From contig JANPNV010000002.1 in assembly GCA_031427625.1 (NCBI GenBank), positions 36,370 through 100,369 of the forward strand: 64,000 bases of DNA, written 5' to 3'. The notes beneath the pieces are model-generated. The model saw nothing but the letters and a program-made list of their open reading frames with translations. It searched no databases and had not been told where the DNA came from. Shown here piece after piece: positions 9,901 to 19,683 of this stretch (positions are counted from its first letter, which is position 1; each line of letters opens with the position of its first letter). Source of the stretch: Bacteroidota bacterium (GTDB lineage Bacteria; Bacteroidota; Bacteroidia; AKYH767-A; 2013-40CM-41-45). The position numbers and the translations under genes were made by a program.

Positions 9901-12900
9901 ATACATCCGGTAAAGGATTTACTGTAACAATATGATTTAATAATGCAACACAACCGTTAGGATCAGTAATGGTCACAGAATAATTTCCTGCCGCCTGAAC
10001 TGAAATAATCTGTGTTGTTTCACCTGTAGACCAAACATAGGATGACCCGGAATTTCCTGCATTTAATTGAGCTGTCTGTCCTGCACAAATTGTATATTTT
10101 ACCGGTGGAGCAGTCATGCTGGCTCCAACCGTAACAGTTGTAGTTGCATAGGTAGGACAACCATTATTGCTTGTTACGATTACAGAATAGCTTCCTGAAT
10201 CCGATATTGATATTATCTGTGAACTTTCACCAGTTGACCAACTGAACTGACTTCCTGGATTTCCTGCATCAAGATTGGCACTTGTACCCGGGCATATAAA
10301 TGTGGGATAGAAATTTACAACCGGAACAGGAAGTACTGCCACTGTAATCGTATCCGAAGAAATACAGCCATTGCTATCAGTTCCAATTACTGAATAAGTT
10401 GATGTTGATGAAGGCGTAATTAATACGGATGCGCTGTTTAATCCTATAGGATTCCATTGATAATTTGCTGCACCGGTTGCCGTCAGCGAAGTTGTCGATC
10501 CATAACAAATACTTATATCCGGACCGGCAGTAACCTGAGGAAGGTTATGAACTGTTACTGTAACTGTATCCTTATCTATACATCCGTTTGCATCTGTTAC
10601 TGTCAGAATGAAATTTGTTGTATTTGTCGGATTAACCGTTACAGTTGAAGTTGAATAACTACCGGGACTCCAGTTATAATTCATCCCACCTGTACCGTTA
10701 AGCGCTACAGAATTTCCAATACATGTTGCTTGATCAGTTCCGGCCTGGGCATCTGGCAGAGAATTTACATTAACAATGACTTGATCAGTCGAAACACATC
10801 CATTGGAATTTGTTACTGAAACGGTATAGGTTGTTGTCGATGCAGGTGAAACAGTAACAGATGATGTTGTCATTCCTCCCGGATTCCATGAATATGAAAT
10901 GCCACCCGATGCCGATAGTACTGAATATGCGCCGGCACAAATTGTTTTATCAGATCCTGCATTCGCAACTGGAAGTGGATTCACGATTACATTTCTCGAG
11001 ACTGTGTCCTTACATCCAAACGATGATGTGGCAATTAGCTGAACGGAATATGTTCCTGCAGATGCATAGGTATGACTGGGCGATGACTGTGTTGATGCAT
11101 ACGTGTCATTAAAATTCCAGTTGAAAGATGAGATACTACCTGTTAGTATCAATGTACTGTTTGAGAATACAGTTGTTCCGCCTAAACATACTGTACTTCC
11201 AAGAAAATTAACAACCGGAGAAGGATTGATCGTAATATTTTTTGACTTTGATTTAACGCATCCTCCAGCCGTTGTCGCCTGCAAAATCACAGTATAAGTT
11301 CCCGGTGAGGTATAATTATGTAACGGATTCTGAAGTGTAGATCCTGTTCCATCACCAAAATTCCAATTATATCCTGTAATGATACCAACTGAAACGGTGG
11401 ATGAATTTGTGAATACGACTGCAGTTCCGAGACAATTATTAGAATAGCTAAAGTTTGTTACCGGTAAAGGATTAACTGTAACTGTTTTTGAAATCGTAGA
11501 AATACATCCATAAGAACTGTTTACTGTAAGACTTACAGTATAGGTACCGGATGTTGAATAAAAATGTGACGGATTTTGATAAAATGAAGTGGAGCCGTCC
11601 CCAAAATTCCACGACCATCCGGTAATTAATCCGCTTGTAATAGTCGACGTATTTGTGAAGAACATTAAATTACCATTACAGGTAGGAGTGAAGGTAAAAT
11701 TTCCAACGGGTAATGGATTGACAGAGGTACTGAAATTGATATTTCCGCTACAGCCTGCAGTATCAGTAACTGTTACTACATAATTTCCTGCAGCAAATAC
11801 GGGAATAGTCTGACTTGTTTGTCCTCCCGGCGACCATGAATAAGTCATTCCTGAATAACCTGCATTTAGTATTGTTGAATCTCCCTGACAAAACGAAACC
11901 GTTGGCCTGTTTACTGTAACAACAGTACTGTAAGTAATGTTGCAACCAGATGTTGCCACGCATCCATTGATATCGGTCACGCTAACTGAGTAATTTCCTG
12001 CTGCTGTTATCAGAATAGACTGAGTAGTTGCACCTGTATTCCATGAATATATTGAACCCGGATTGCCGGCATCGAGAGTCGCATTGGAGCCTGAACAAAG
12101 AAACAATGACTGAAGACTTGATGTTGGAAGCGGATTAACATTAACAACAACATTGTCTGTCGATGTACAACCAAAAGCATTGGTTACAATAACCTGATAA
12201 TTTTGAGTTGCCGATGGACTAACTGTTATTGTTGATGTCGTCATTCCACCCGGGCTCCATAAATACGATGTTCCACCTGTTGCGGTTAATGTTGCATTGC
12301 TTCCATTGCAAATTGTTACATCTGGTCCTGCATTGGCAATAGGGTTGGTTCCAACACTAACAACGACATCATCACTTGCTGAACATCCGATTGCATCAGT
12401 GCCTACTATTGTATAAGTTGTAGAAGAAGCAGGGCTTACAGATATTGAAGGAGAGGTTGAGCCACCGGGATTCCATGTATAAGTTGTTCCTCCAGTGGCT
12501 GTAAGTGTCGTTGAAGATCCTGAACATACTAGTTGGTCAGATCCTGCATTCACTAAAGGAAGCGGGTTTATAATAACATTCATGGTATCCTGACTCTGAC
12601 AAGTATTAGAATCCGTACCCGTTACGATCAGAATTACACTGGTGGAAGGCGATATAACAATCGATTGAGTGTTCTGTCCGTATGGCATCCATGAATAATA
12701 TAATCCTCCTGATGCAGAAATAGTAACTGATTTGCCAAGGCAAACGGACATGTCAGGACCAGCATTTACAATAGGAAGCGGATGAACTGTTATTGTATTT
12801 ATTGCTGTATCTGCACAACCAAAAATCGTAGTAACAATTAATGTAACGACATAAGATCCTACTGATGTATAGATATGGGATGGATCCACAAGATTCGAAG

Positions 12901-14668
12901 TTCCTCCATCACCAAAAATCCATGTCCATGTGCTTGGAACTCCCAATGTGTTATCCGTAAAAGCTACCTGAGTATTTATACAGGTAGGTCCCCAATTAAA
13001 TCCAGCGATAGGAGTAGATTGGACAGCAACAGAAATTGAAATCGTATCACTACAACCAAGAGAATTTTCAACTATTAATGTTACCATGTAGGATCCAAGG
13101 GATGGGTATAGATGAACGGGGTTCTGAAGAGAAGTAGTATCACCATCTCCAAACGACCAGTGCCAGCTTGTTATTATTCCTCCCGCTGTTGTAGACTTAT
13201 CATAAAAATTTATAAGTAGATTTTCGCAGGCCGGAGTTGTGGAAGTAAATGCTGCAATAGGAGTGAATGGTGCTTGAATAACTACAGTATCAGTCGCTGA
13301 ACAACTTCCATCATTGGCGGTTACTATGTATGTTCCGGGCCCAACTGTAATTGATTGCATAGTTGAACCAGTGTTCCATAAATAGGTGTATGTTCCTGTG
13401 CTGCCTGTGGCATTCGCAGTAATAGTAGCAAGGTCTGTACAAGCGATCGACTGATCGGGGCCGGCATTTACATTCATCCCAATTACATTGATTGTATAGG
13501 ATCTTGTCTGACTGCCGTTATAAGGACATGCATCGTCAGTTGCTGATGCTGTAAATGTAAATGAATGACCGATGTCTGCCGACGTAGGCGTCCAGCAAAA
13601 TGTTCCTGTAGGATGTGGTCCAGAAGAAGTAGTAAACGTAGCTCCAGTAATACCGTAGTTCCAGATAACGGTAACCTTTTGTCCGATATCAGGGTCGCTT
13701 GAAAAAAGGTTAAAGCATGTTTTTGTATTTGCACAAATTGTCATGCTGAAATTATTCGTTCCGTTTATACCTGATATAGTCGGAAGATTATTTGCACAAT
13801 TCATAACTGTAAGCTGAAGGTCCCTCTCCACAGTTCCAATCAAAACGCCGTTTCTATATTCCTTAACCAAAACGGCCATCACTGTAACCTCAAGTGCCTG
13901 AGGAGTAAGACAGATATCACCCGACAATGAACTGAATGTTGTTGAAGGCATAGAGTTCAATGGATTGGAAGAGTTATAAGGAGAATGATACGAGACGTTT
14001 GTCGTTGCTGTCTGCTTCGGCGTGATCAACTGGTATACAAGCGAATCACCATCTGCATCGTAAGCCCCATGATTAAAACAAAATTGCTGTCCGAGGCATA
14101 GAAATGGAACAGGTTTGTTTGAAAATGTTGGTGAAGAATTACACGGCGCAATAATATTATTTAATGAAGCATAAATATAAAAAGTATTAGAACTAGGACT
14201 ATTGATAGTCGTAATCGCAGCATTTCTGCAACACAACGAATATCCGAAAATCCAATCTGAACATTGGGCAGGAAGTGTAATGATCCCATCATAAATCCAT
14301 TCCTGAATTCCTGTAAACGTACCACCATTGCATGTCGTCACTGATGTGGAACAGCTCGGAGTTACTTCTTTTCCTGTTCCGGGACGAGGATAACAAGTTA
14401 CAGACAAATTCAAATTGCATGTAACTGATTTTATCGTCACCAATGGATTAGCAGGAGCAGGGATACCAATACAATCCCGGTAAAATGAAACTGTTACCTT
14501 ATAGGTATTGTTCCCCAGACATTGATATGTTAAGTCAGCACCCATCGTATGACTGGCGTAAACTGATCCTGAGAATACCATTTTCAGGAATAGGGCAAGC
14601 GCTAATAAAAATCTTCCTTGTAATTTTACTTTCATATCCACGTTTTTCGAACAACTCTTCCGGCGCAT
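6929..14668 (-). CDS. giant secreted PKD/Ig-like repeat adhesin with a T9SS type-B (gliding-motility-associated) C-terminal sorting domain, 2579 aa
   Basis: After a signal peptide (the likely real start is MKVKLQ at 14635) there are more than 20 repeats. These are PKD-like units carrying WNFGDG/WTFGDG motifs and Ig-like units of the form NAGPD...C.G...L.A.GG..Y.W.P. The C-terminus (CFTPNGDGRNDVF...YVYKIVGTGLDGKHSEWVGHVSIVY) matches the type-B T9SS / CHU_C domain. The protein is rich in Ser, Thr, Asn, Gly and Cys. Confidence 0.8.
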   Translation of the reverse strand: MRRKSCSKNVDMKVKLQGRFLLALALFLKMVFSGSVYASHTMGADLTYQCLGNNTYKVTVSFYRDCIGIPAPANPLVTIKSVTCNLNLSVTCYPRPGTGKEVTPSCSTSVTTCNGGTFTGIQEWIYDGIITLPAQCSDWIFGYSLCCRNAAITTINSPSSNTFYIYASLNNIIAPCNSSPTFSNKPVPFLCLGQQFCFNHGAYDADGDSLVYQLITPKQTATTNVSYHSPYNSSNPLNSMPSTTFSSLSGDICLTPQALEVTVMAVLVKEYRNGVLIGTVERDLQLTVMNCANNLPTISGINGTNNFSMTICANTKTCFNLFSSDPDIGQKVTVIWNYGITGATFTTSSGPHPTGTFCWTPTSADIGHSFTFTASATDDACPYNGSQTRSYTINVIGMNVNAGPDQSIACTDLATITANATGSTGTYTYLWNTGSTMQSITVGPGTYIVTANDGSCSATDTVVIQAPFTPIAAFTSTTPACENLLINFYDKSTTAGGIITSWHWSFGDGDTTSLQNPVHLYPSLGSYMVTLIVENSLGCSDTISISVAVQSTPIAGFNWGPTCINTQVAFTDNTLGVPSTWTWIFGDGGTSNLVDPSHIYTSVGSYVVTLIVTTIFGCADTAINTITVHPLPIVNAGPDMSVCLGKSVTISASGGLYYSWMPYGQNTQSIVISPSTSVILIVTGTDSNTCQSQDTMNVIINPLPLVNAGSDQLVCSGSSTTLTATGGTTYTWNPGGSTSPSISVSPASSTTYTIVGTDAIGCSASDDVVVSVGTNPIANAGPDVTICNGSNATLTATGGTSYLWSPGGMTTSTITVSPSATQNYQVIVTNAFGCTSTDNVVVNVNPLPTSSLQSLFLCSGSNATLDAGNPGSIYSWNTGATTQSILITAAGNYSVSVTDINGCVATSGCNITYSTVVTVNRPTVSFCQGDSTILNAGYSGMTYSWSPGGQTSQTIPVFAAGNYVVTVTDTAGCSGNINFSTSVNPLPVGNFTFTPTCNGNLMFFTNTSTITSGLITGWSWNFGDGSTSFYQNPSHFYSTSGTYTVSLTVNSSYGCISTISKTVTVNPLPVTNFSYSNNCLGTAVVFTNSSTVSVGIITGYNWNFGDGTGSTLQNPLHNYTSPGTYTVILQATTAGGCVKSKSKNITINPSPVVNFLGSTVCLGGTTVFSNSTLILTGSISSFNWNFNDTYASTQSSPSHTYASAGTYSVQLIATSSFGCKDTVSRNVIVNPLPVANAGSDKTICAGAYSVLSASGGISYSWNPGGMTTSSVTVSPASTTTYTVSVTNSNGCVSTDQVIVNVNSLPDAQAGTDQATCIGNSVALNGTGGMNYNWSPGSYSTSTVTVNPTNTTNFILTVTDANGCIDKDTVTVTVHNLPQVTAGPDISICYGSTTSLTATGAANYQWNPIGLNSASVLITPSSTSTYSVIGTDSNGCISSDTITVAVLPVPVVNFYPTFICPGTSANLDAGNPGSQFSWSTGESSQIISISDSGSYSVIVTSNNGCPTYATTTVTVGASMTAPPVKYTICAGQTAQLNAGNSGSSYVWSTGETTQIISVQAAGNYSVTITDPNGCVALLNHIVTVNPLPDVSLSASPACFGSATQFQYAVSISSGTIQSAVWNFGDGYSSASFNASHIYSSTGTFPVTLNITSTLGCSALFTGQAIVNPKPVAEFATNATCRNTPMVFTNQSTISSGTLNAYNWIFGDGGASASFTPSHLFTSAGTYNSTLIVTSNNGCSSSVTHSVTVKDVPRAGFIFSNSCENKNISLVNTSVSQGTGNLSYQWNFGNGNTSIFAQPVVQYATAGNYTIALIVTSANGCTDTTSTQVVVYPVPTAAFQTTPSCEGTAVVFNNTSSVSAGTIQSAYWTFGDNSTSSSLQPSHIYTSSGNYPISLVVTSSSGCRDSISQNINIYPLPQVVIAAQDVCFGSPVAFQNSSTISSGTIASYQWNFNDGNTSVQNSPVYNYAASGTFNVILTAVSDQGCSSTGNMNLNIFPQPIPGFATADVCLGSQTQFVNQSAVPGGEPFTSNWTFGDGQVSTSLNPQHQFQSSGNYNINLTVVSSHGCSANASQNSLVHIPPMARFVAPDNCAGAPISFSNQSTTQDGNITSSLWTFGDGTSSVEINPIHMYTDSGAYNVELLAITNFGCQARYSDTVAAFSHPTVNISIANACAGSPAQFTASTNVGGNMQYSWTVGNGYTSSSSTFNHTFNTPGAYNVSLTATSAMGCSGTTSDRLIVYANPVASFSTNETCQNSPTYFSNQSAVLSGSISSYSWTFGDSQQSSQFNPPHTYGAPGTYTASLTTVSDKGCIGSVARQVVVHPNPTVTFNAGTEGCSPVSAGFFHQAAISSGSIAGWLWNFGDGVFSTDAQPHHSYNNTGSYDVSLTVISDFGCQASYSRSGIVKVYPQPTADFSADPMETDIQMPVVHFDNNSQNFQTYQWIFGDGSGTSTELNPTHTFADTGVYSAMLITVNNYGCRDTIMKKIEIKLHSTLFIANCFTPNGDGRNDVFRPYHTNMEEIKVWVFDRWGKMITSWEGLDGSWDGFYQGRKCQADTYVYKIVGTGLDGKHSEWVGHVSIVY

Positions 14669-15148
14669 TTTCCCATAAGCAGAATTGATTGTTTATTAAC
14701 ATGGATAAAACTATTGTATTCACGAGCCTTATGTTGGCAATAATCGATTGTACATGCATTTGTAAGAAATATCTCAAATGATCATGTCTCGTATTTAACA
14801 CATTCAAAAAATCAATTTATAAATGTCAATTGGCTTAGATCTCATAATATTTTTGAAAATACTGTCTGTAAGAATATCACAGAGTTTTTTAACCTGATAA
14901 GAAAGATGCTGTTTATGCAGCTTCTCAGGCTTCTCATTACGTTAAAAAATTATTTTTAAGTAGCGAAAAATGATAACTTAGCGACCCGTTTTATCCGGGA
15001 ACAGCCATTGTTATGGGATAATATGCGATTTGGTATCTTTCTAAAATGCCCTGCCTACGGGATTTGGACTTAACCATAGCATTACACATTCTCTTATTAT
15101 TTGTAACAGGTTAGGCGCATTTTCGATATAAGTCAATAAAATAAATTT

Positions 15149-16843
15149 ATGTGCGGTATATATGGATTGTTTGGAGAAATCACGGAAAAAAAACCGGCCT
15201 CTGAAATTTATGGGTCTTTTAATAAATTAAAACGTCGCGGCCCCGACAGAAGTCTGACAGTATTTAATCACCAATGTTTCCTTGGATTTCACAGGCTGGC
15301 CATTATGGGTCTTGATATTGACGGTGATCAACCCTTTCATCTCATTGATGGAAGCAAAACGTTCTACCTCGTATGCAACGGTGAAATTTATAATTTCAGA
15401 GAGCTTATTGATAAACATAATCTGAATATAAGTAAAACGGGATCTGATTGTGCCGTAATATTGCCATTATATAAATTATTCGGATTTGATATTAATCGAT
15501 TGAATAAAGAATTAATCGGCGAATACAGTTTTTCAATTGTTGAAATTGATAACGATAAACTGATCTCTGTTATAATAAGCACGGATCCTTTAAGCGTTCG
15601 TCCATTATTCTATTCAGTTAGCGACGATTATAAAAGTTTCGGATTTAGCAGTCTCCTTGCTGGACTAAGCAGTCTGTTTCCGAATGTTATCCGGATTAAT
15701 CAAAAGAAAATTCTCAAGTGGGTTCCCGGTACGCCTCCTGAAATTTACTCCTATTGGGATAACATTATAAAAATCGAAAGTGAGTTTGATACAGATCCTG
15801 AACTAAAGGATTACAATCAAGTTGTTACTCTTTTTGAAACTGCTGTAAAAAGAAGACTCATTTCAGACCGCCCTGTTGGATGTCTGCTTTCGGGCGGACT
15901 TGATTCAAGTCTGGTCTGTTCTATCGCGGCAAAAAAACTGGCCGAAGATTATCCGGGGAAGAAGCTTCATACGTTTAGTATTGGCATGAAAGAAGGCACA
16001 GATATCATCTTTGCAAAAAAAGTAGCAGAACATGTAAATAACATGTATAACAATATCGAGCATCATGTTATTTATTTTACACCACAGGAAGGACTTGATT
16101 GCATTGACGATGTAATAAGATCGATTGAGACATATGATATTACTACCATTCGCGCAAGTGTTGGTCAATATCTTCTTGGAAAATACATCAGCTCAAAAAC
16201 AGATATTAAAGTAATCCTCAATGGCGATGGTGCCGATGAAGGACAAATGGGATATTTATATTTCTATTTGCATCCGAATGCAGAAGCAGCTCGCGACGAA
16301 AGCTATAAATTACTGGATGAAATTCATCTCTTCGATGGCCTTCGTGTCGATCGTGCTATCAGTTGTCATGGTCTCGAGGCCCGTGTTCCGTTTCTCGACA
16401 GAGAATTTGTCGATTACTTCCGGTCAATTCCTACAAAATGGAAATTGCCAGTTAAAGAGAGGATGGAAAAATTCTTCATCCGTAATGCATTCAGTACGGT
16501 TTACAAAAACCAACCCGTATTACCTGACGAAGTACTTTGGAGAAAAAAAGAAGCTTTCTCCGATGGTGTCTCAGGCAAAGAGAAATCCTGGTTTCAGTGG
16601 GTTCAGGAATATTTAAATGGAAAAGTTTCTGATTCAGAATTTGAAAAAGAAAAAAACAACCTACACCCAACTTTAGTACCTCCTACCAAAGAAGCATATT
16701 ATTACATGAAAAAATTCAAGGAAAATTTTGGTCCACAATGGAGTGTAATTCCACATTACTGGCTGCCCAATTGGTCAGGTAACATACAGGAACCATCTGC
16801 CAGAGTCTTAAAAGTTTATGATCAGGGTGCAGATGGAAAATAA
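15149..16843 (+). CDS. asnB: asparagine synthase (glutamine-hydrolysing)
   Basis: The N-terminus MCGIYG provides the Ntn catalytic Cys2, and the synthetase domain carries the SGGLDSS PP-loop. Confidence 0.9.
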   Translation: MCGIYGLFGEITEKKPASEIYGSFNKLKRRGPDRSLTVFNHQCFLGFHRLAIMGLDIDGDQPFHLIDGSKTFYLVCNGEIYNFRELIDKHNLNISKTGSDCAVILPLYKLFGFDINRLNKELIGEYSFSIVEIDNDKLISVIISTDPLSVRPLFYSVSDDYKSFGFSSLLAGLSSLFPNVIRINQKKILKWVPGTPPEIYSYWDNIIKIESEFDTDPELKDYNQVVTLFETAVKRRLISDRPVGCLLSGGLDSSLVCSIAAKKLAEDYPGKKLHTFSIGMKEGTDIIFAKKVAEHVNNMYNNIEHHVIYFTPQEGLDCIDDVIRSIETYDITTIRASVGQYLLGKYISSKTDIKVILNGDGADEGQMGYLYFYLHPNAEAARDESYKLLDEIHLFDGLRVDRAISCHGLEARVPFLDREFVDYFRSIPTKWKLPVKERMEKFFIRNAFSTVYKNQPVLPDEVLWRKKEAFSDGVSGKEKSWFQWVQEYLNGKVSDSEFEKEKNNLHPTLVPPTKEAYYYMKKFKENFGPQWSVIPHYWLPNWSGNIQEPSARVLKVYDQGADGK

Positions 16844-16983
16844 TTATTCGGGTTTAAATTATATTTTTGTCGTTCATTCGAAAGTTGTCGAATAATTAGA
16901 ATAAACGGAATAGTGTATGCAGAATCATATTTCCCGATTTAATCAATCCATTTGCCAAAAAACAATTGAATAATTTATATTAG

Positions 16984-17700
16984 ATGCTCCTGAATATTTT
17001 TTCTCCTGAAGGATTAGTAAGTCTGTTCACACTGATTTTCCTTGAAATTATTCTGGGTATTGATAATATAATTTTCATCGCAATTATATGTAGTTACCTG
17101 CCTAAAAAGGACCAGCAAAGATCGCGTACTATTGGATTAATGCTCGCTATGGTTTTCAGAATTTTGTTGTTGCTGGGAATTTCATATCTCGTTCGTATGG
17201 TAAGTCCTCTTTTCCACATTGGAGATTTTGGCGTAAGTGGGAGGGACCTCATACTTTTTGCTGGCGGTGTATTTCTGGTATATAAATCTGTTCTGGAATT
17301 GTATCATAAATTAGCCAGTGTTGAAGAAGGAAAAGCTCACAAGGAAAGAAAGCTTACTGTTTCAAGTGCAATACTTCAGATAACCCTGATAGATATTATT
17401 TTTTCATTCGACTCTATACTCACAGCAGTTGGATTAAGCCGTGACCTTCCGGTTATGATTACCGCAGTTGTATTTTCAATGTTTGTGATGCTTTTCTTCG
17501 CTCCTTATGTCAGTGATTTTATCGCAAAATATCCGACAATGAAAATTCTTGCACTAACATTCCTCGTGGCAATCGGAATGCTATTAGTCATAGAATCCCT
17601 TCATTTAGAATTCGATAAAAATCATATTTATTTTGGAATGCTTTTCTCCTTTATTGTTGAAACATTAAATATCAGACTAAGAAAAATGAACCGATTGTAA
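16984..17700 (+). CDS. TerC family integral membrane protein
   Basis: It is a multi-TM protein with the TerC signature (EIILGIDNIIFIAI and a second DSILTAVGL half). Confidence 0.75.
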   Translation: MLLNIFSPEGLVSLFTLIFLEIILGIDNIIFIAIICSYLPKKDQQRSRTIGLMLAMVFRILLLLGISYLVRMVSPLFHIGDFGVSGRDLILFAGGVFLVYKSVLELYHKLASVEEGKAHKERKLTVSSAILQITLIDIIFSFDSILTAVGLSRDLPVMITAVVFSMFVMLFFAPYVSDFIAKYPTMKILALTFLVAIGMLLVIESLHLEFDKNHIYFGMLFSFIVETLNIRLRKMNRL

Positions 17701-17828
17701 TATCAAATATTATCTGAATTTAATACTAAATATTCCACGATCATTATCAGATTATTTATTCGATTTATTCCAGCTTGACAGGGATATTTCTGTTTGTTTG
17801 TATGCTATTTAATATGTAGATTGGGCTT

Positions 17829-18647
17829 ATGATAAAAGGAAAATCTCCGTATCCATTTGAGACTATAGGACTAGGCATTTCATTCACACCGGCACTTCCT
17901 TTTTTAATTGCTGAGATGAAAAGAATTTGCCAGATTTATGATGCACTTGCTGTGTTTATTCATGTGGGAAAAAAAACAAGTGAAAAGCAGAGAGAACTTG
18001 CCCAGATGCTCGGTGATTATGGTTTCCATGACGGAAATTCCAGAATTCATTGGGAACAGGGTGATGCCGTGACAGGCATTTTGTTAAACTGCAAAATGGA
18101 AGTAGTGGACCTGCTGTTAATTGGTTCCAATGAAAAAGCAAGTCTTGGTATTCCAATTGGAAGTACGGCAAGTCAGGTTGCAAAGAAAGCCAAATGTTCT
18201 GTCCTAATTTATTCTCGTATACCACAAGGTGGATTTAAAAAAATCATATTGAATGGAACAGAGCATCAAAAAACAGACCTTACAATCCTTACCGGTATGT
18301 ATGTTACAGATAAAGAAAGTGCAGAAGATGTAACTGTAATCGCTGATGAGGGTAATAATAAATTATCGGAAGCTATATCGCATTCACATGGAGAAACACA
18401 ATCAGGAACTATTCTTTTCCAACAATCAATAGAGAAAGCAAGGGCAAAAATGAAATTTGTAAATCTCGAAAACAAACAATCAATTTCTGAATTCAGTTTT
18501 AGAAACAATGCCGACTTAGTTGTTACCCGTTCTTCCGATCATGCTCTTTTAATTTTCGACCGCATTTCCGGTTCTGATGGAATTGATTCTTTACTTACAG
18601 GACTCCCTGCGAATCTGTTAATTGTGCATTCACGATTATCAGATTAA
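17829..18647 (+). CDS. universal stress protein family protein (two USP-like halves)
   Basis: Two about 130-aa halves each end in a USP-like G..GS.A..V......VLI motif (GSTASQVAKKAKCSVLIY is the clearest). Confidence 0.55.
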   Translation: MIKGKSPYPFETIGLGISFTPALPFLIAEMKRICQIYDALAVFIHVGKKTSEKQRELAQMLGDYGFHDGNSRIHWEQGDAVTGILLNCKMEVVDLLLIGSNEKASLGIPIGSTASQVAKKAKCSVLIYSRIPQGGFKKIILNGTEHQKTDLTILTGMYVTDKESAEDVTVIADEGNNKLSEAISHSHGETQSGTILFQQSIEKARAKMKFVNLENKQSISEFSFRNNADLVVTRSSDHALLIFDRISGSDGIDSLLTGLPANLLIVHSRLSD

Positions 18648-18662
18648 AACTTCAGTAAACAT

Positions 18663-19172
18663 ATGCGTATTTACTTAATCGGCTACATGGGAAGTGGCAA
18701 AACAAAAACCGCCGTATCACTTGCGAAAATTTTAAAATATTCTCATGTAGATATCGACCAGCTTATCATCGAAAAAACAGGTGTCAGTATATCTGCAATT
18801 TTCGAACAGGAAGGTGAGGGATCTTTTCGCAGGCATGAAAAAAACATTTTACATTCGACAAAAGAAATAGATAATGTCGTAATATCTACTGGTGGCGGAA
18901 CATCCTGTTATTCCGATAATATGGAATGGATGAATGATTACGGAATAACTGTTTATCTGGACGCCAACCCGGGATTATTGTTTCACCGTCTTGCATCATC
19001 GCGCGAAGGAAGACCACTTATTGAGAACCTGAATGATGTTGAGTTAATGGAACAAATTACCGGACATCTGGCCATTCGGATTCCATTCTACAAAAAAGCT
19101 AACATTACAGTTCCCGCAATAAATATGAATGTTAACGAACTTGCATCAAAAATAAGATTGTATAAAAAATAA
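18663..19172 (+). CDS. aroK: shikimate kinase
   Basis: The Walker A motif GYMGSGKT is present, the length is 169 aa, and the rest of the sequence is shikimate-kinase-like. Confidence 0.85.
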   Translation: MRIYLIGYMGSGKTKTAVSLAKILKYSHVDIDQLIIEKTGVSISAIFEQEGEGSFRRHEKNILHSTKEIDNVVISTGGGTSCYSDNMEWMNDYGITVYLDANPGLLFHRLASSREGRPLIENLNDVELMEQITGHLAIRIPFYKKANITVPAINMNVNELASKIRLYKK

Positions 19173-19176
19173 TCTG

Positions 19177-19683
19177 CTAACTCAGCCAGGCTACAGCACC
19201 TTTTGTACTAAACTCTACAGATATATGTTCCTTTAAAGTTGTAGAAAGTGAAAGACCAGAAAAATCGGCAGAAACAGGAAAGCGTTTGTGATTACGATTA
19301 ATTAAAACAACTGTACGTATTTTTTTTATATCAGCATCGAGAAATGGTCTCAGCGAATACATCATGGTTTTGCCTGAATCAAGAACGTCATCAACAAGTA
19401 TAACAACCTTGCCCTGTAATTTTCCGTTCTCTATAGAAAGGGATATTTCTGTATTTACCAGACTATGCTTTTCAATATTTACTTCAACAAGAAAAACCTT
19501 TAAGGGTGAAATATCTTTTATAGCAGAAGATAATTTTTCAGCTAATAAAAATCCACTTTTCATAATGCCTGCAATGATGATTTCTTCTTCTGAAGCATTA
19601 TCTTCATAAATCTGATAGGCCAATCGATTTATACGCTGACTTACTTGTTTTTCATCAAGTAATAATGTTCTTGATTCTGTCAT
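19177..19683 (-). CDS. phosphoribosyltransferase family protein (PyrR-like)
   Basis: The PRPP-binding motif VVILVDDVLDSGKT is present and the N-terminus resembles PyrR (QRINRLAYQIYEDN...IIIAGIMKSG). It overlaps the upstream NlpC/P60 gene by 4 bp. Confidence 0.6.
   Translation of the reverse strand: MTESRTLLLDEKQVSQRINRLAYQIYEDNASEEEIIIAGIMKSGFLLAEKLSSAIKDISPLKVFLVEVNIEKHSLVNTEISLSIENGKLQGKVVILVDDVLDSGKTMMYSLRPFLDADIKKIRTVVLINRNHKRFPVSADFSGLSLSTTLKEHISVEFSTKGAVAWLS

Noticed and set aside
7929-13734. Multiple 60-100-aa ORFs on either strand inside the giant adhesin gene (7929-8228, 8995-9234, 10457-10648, 13483-13734 and others)
   Set aside because: All are embedded in the 7.7-kb minus-strand ORF, which has a coherent signal peptide, repeats and C-terminal domain. 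They have Cys- or His-rich low-complexity translations typical of off-frame reads through repetitive DNA.
16844-16983. Possible yybP-ykoY (Mn2+) riboswitch upstream of the TerC-family gene
   Set aside because: TerC genes are classic targets of this riboswitch. The 140-nt leader lacks the conserved G-rich core (a GGGGAGUAG-like element) and has no convincing multi-stem structure. Only a weak 6-bp AT hairpin is present.
17771-17826. Sigma70-like TTGACA...TATGCT upstream of the USP gene
   Set aside because: The spacing is about 20 nt, longer than the optimal 17. Bacteroidota housekeeping promoters use a different -33/-7 consensus, so this is probably coincidental.
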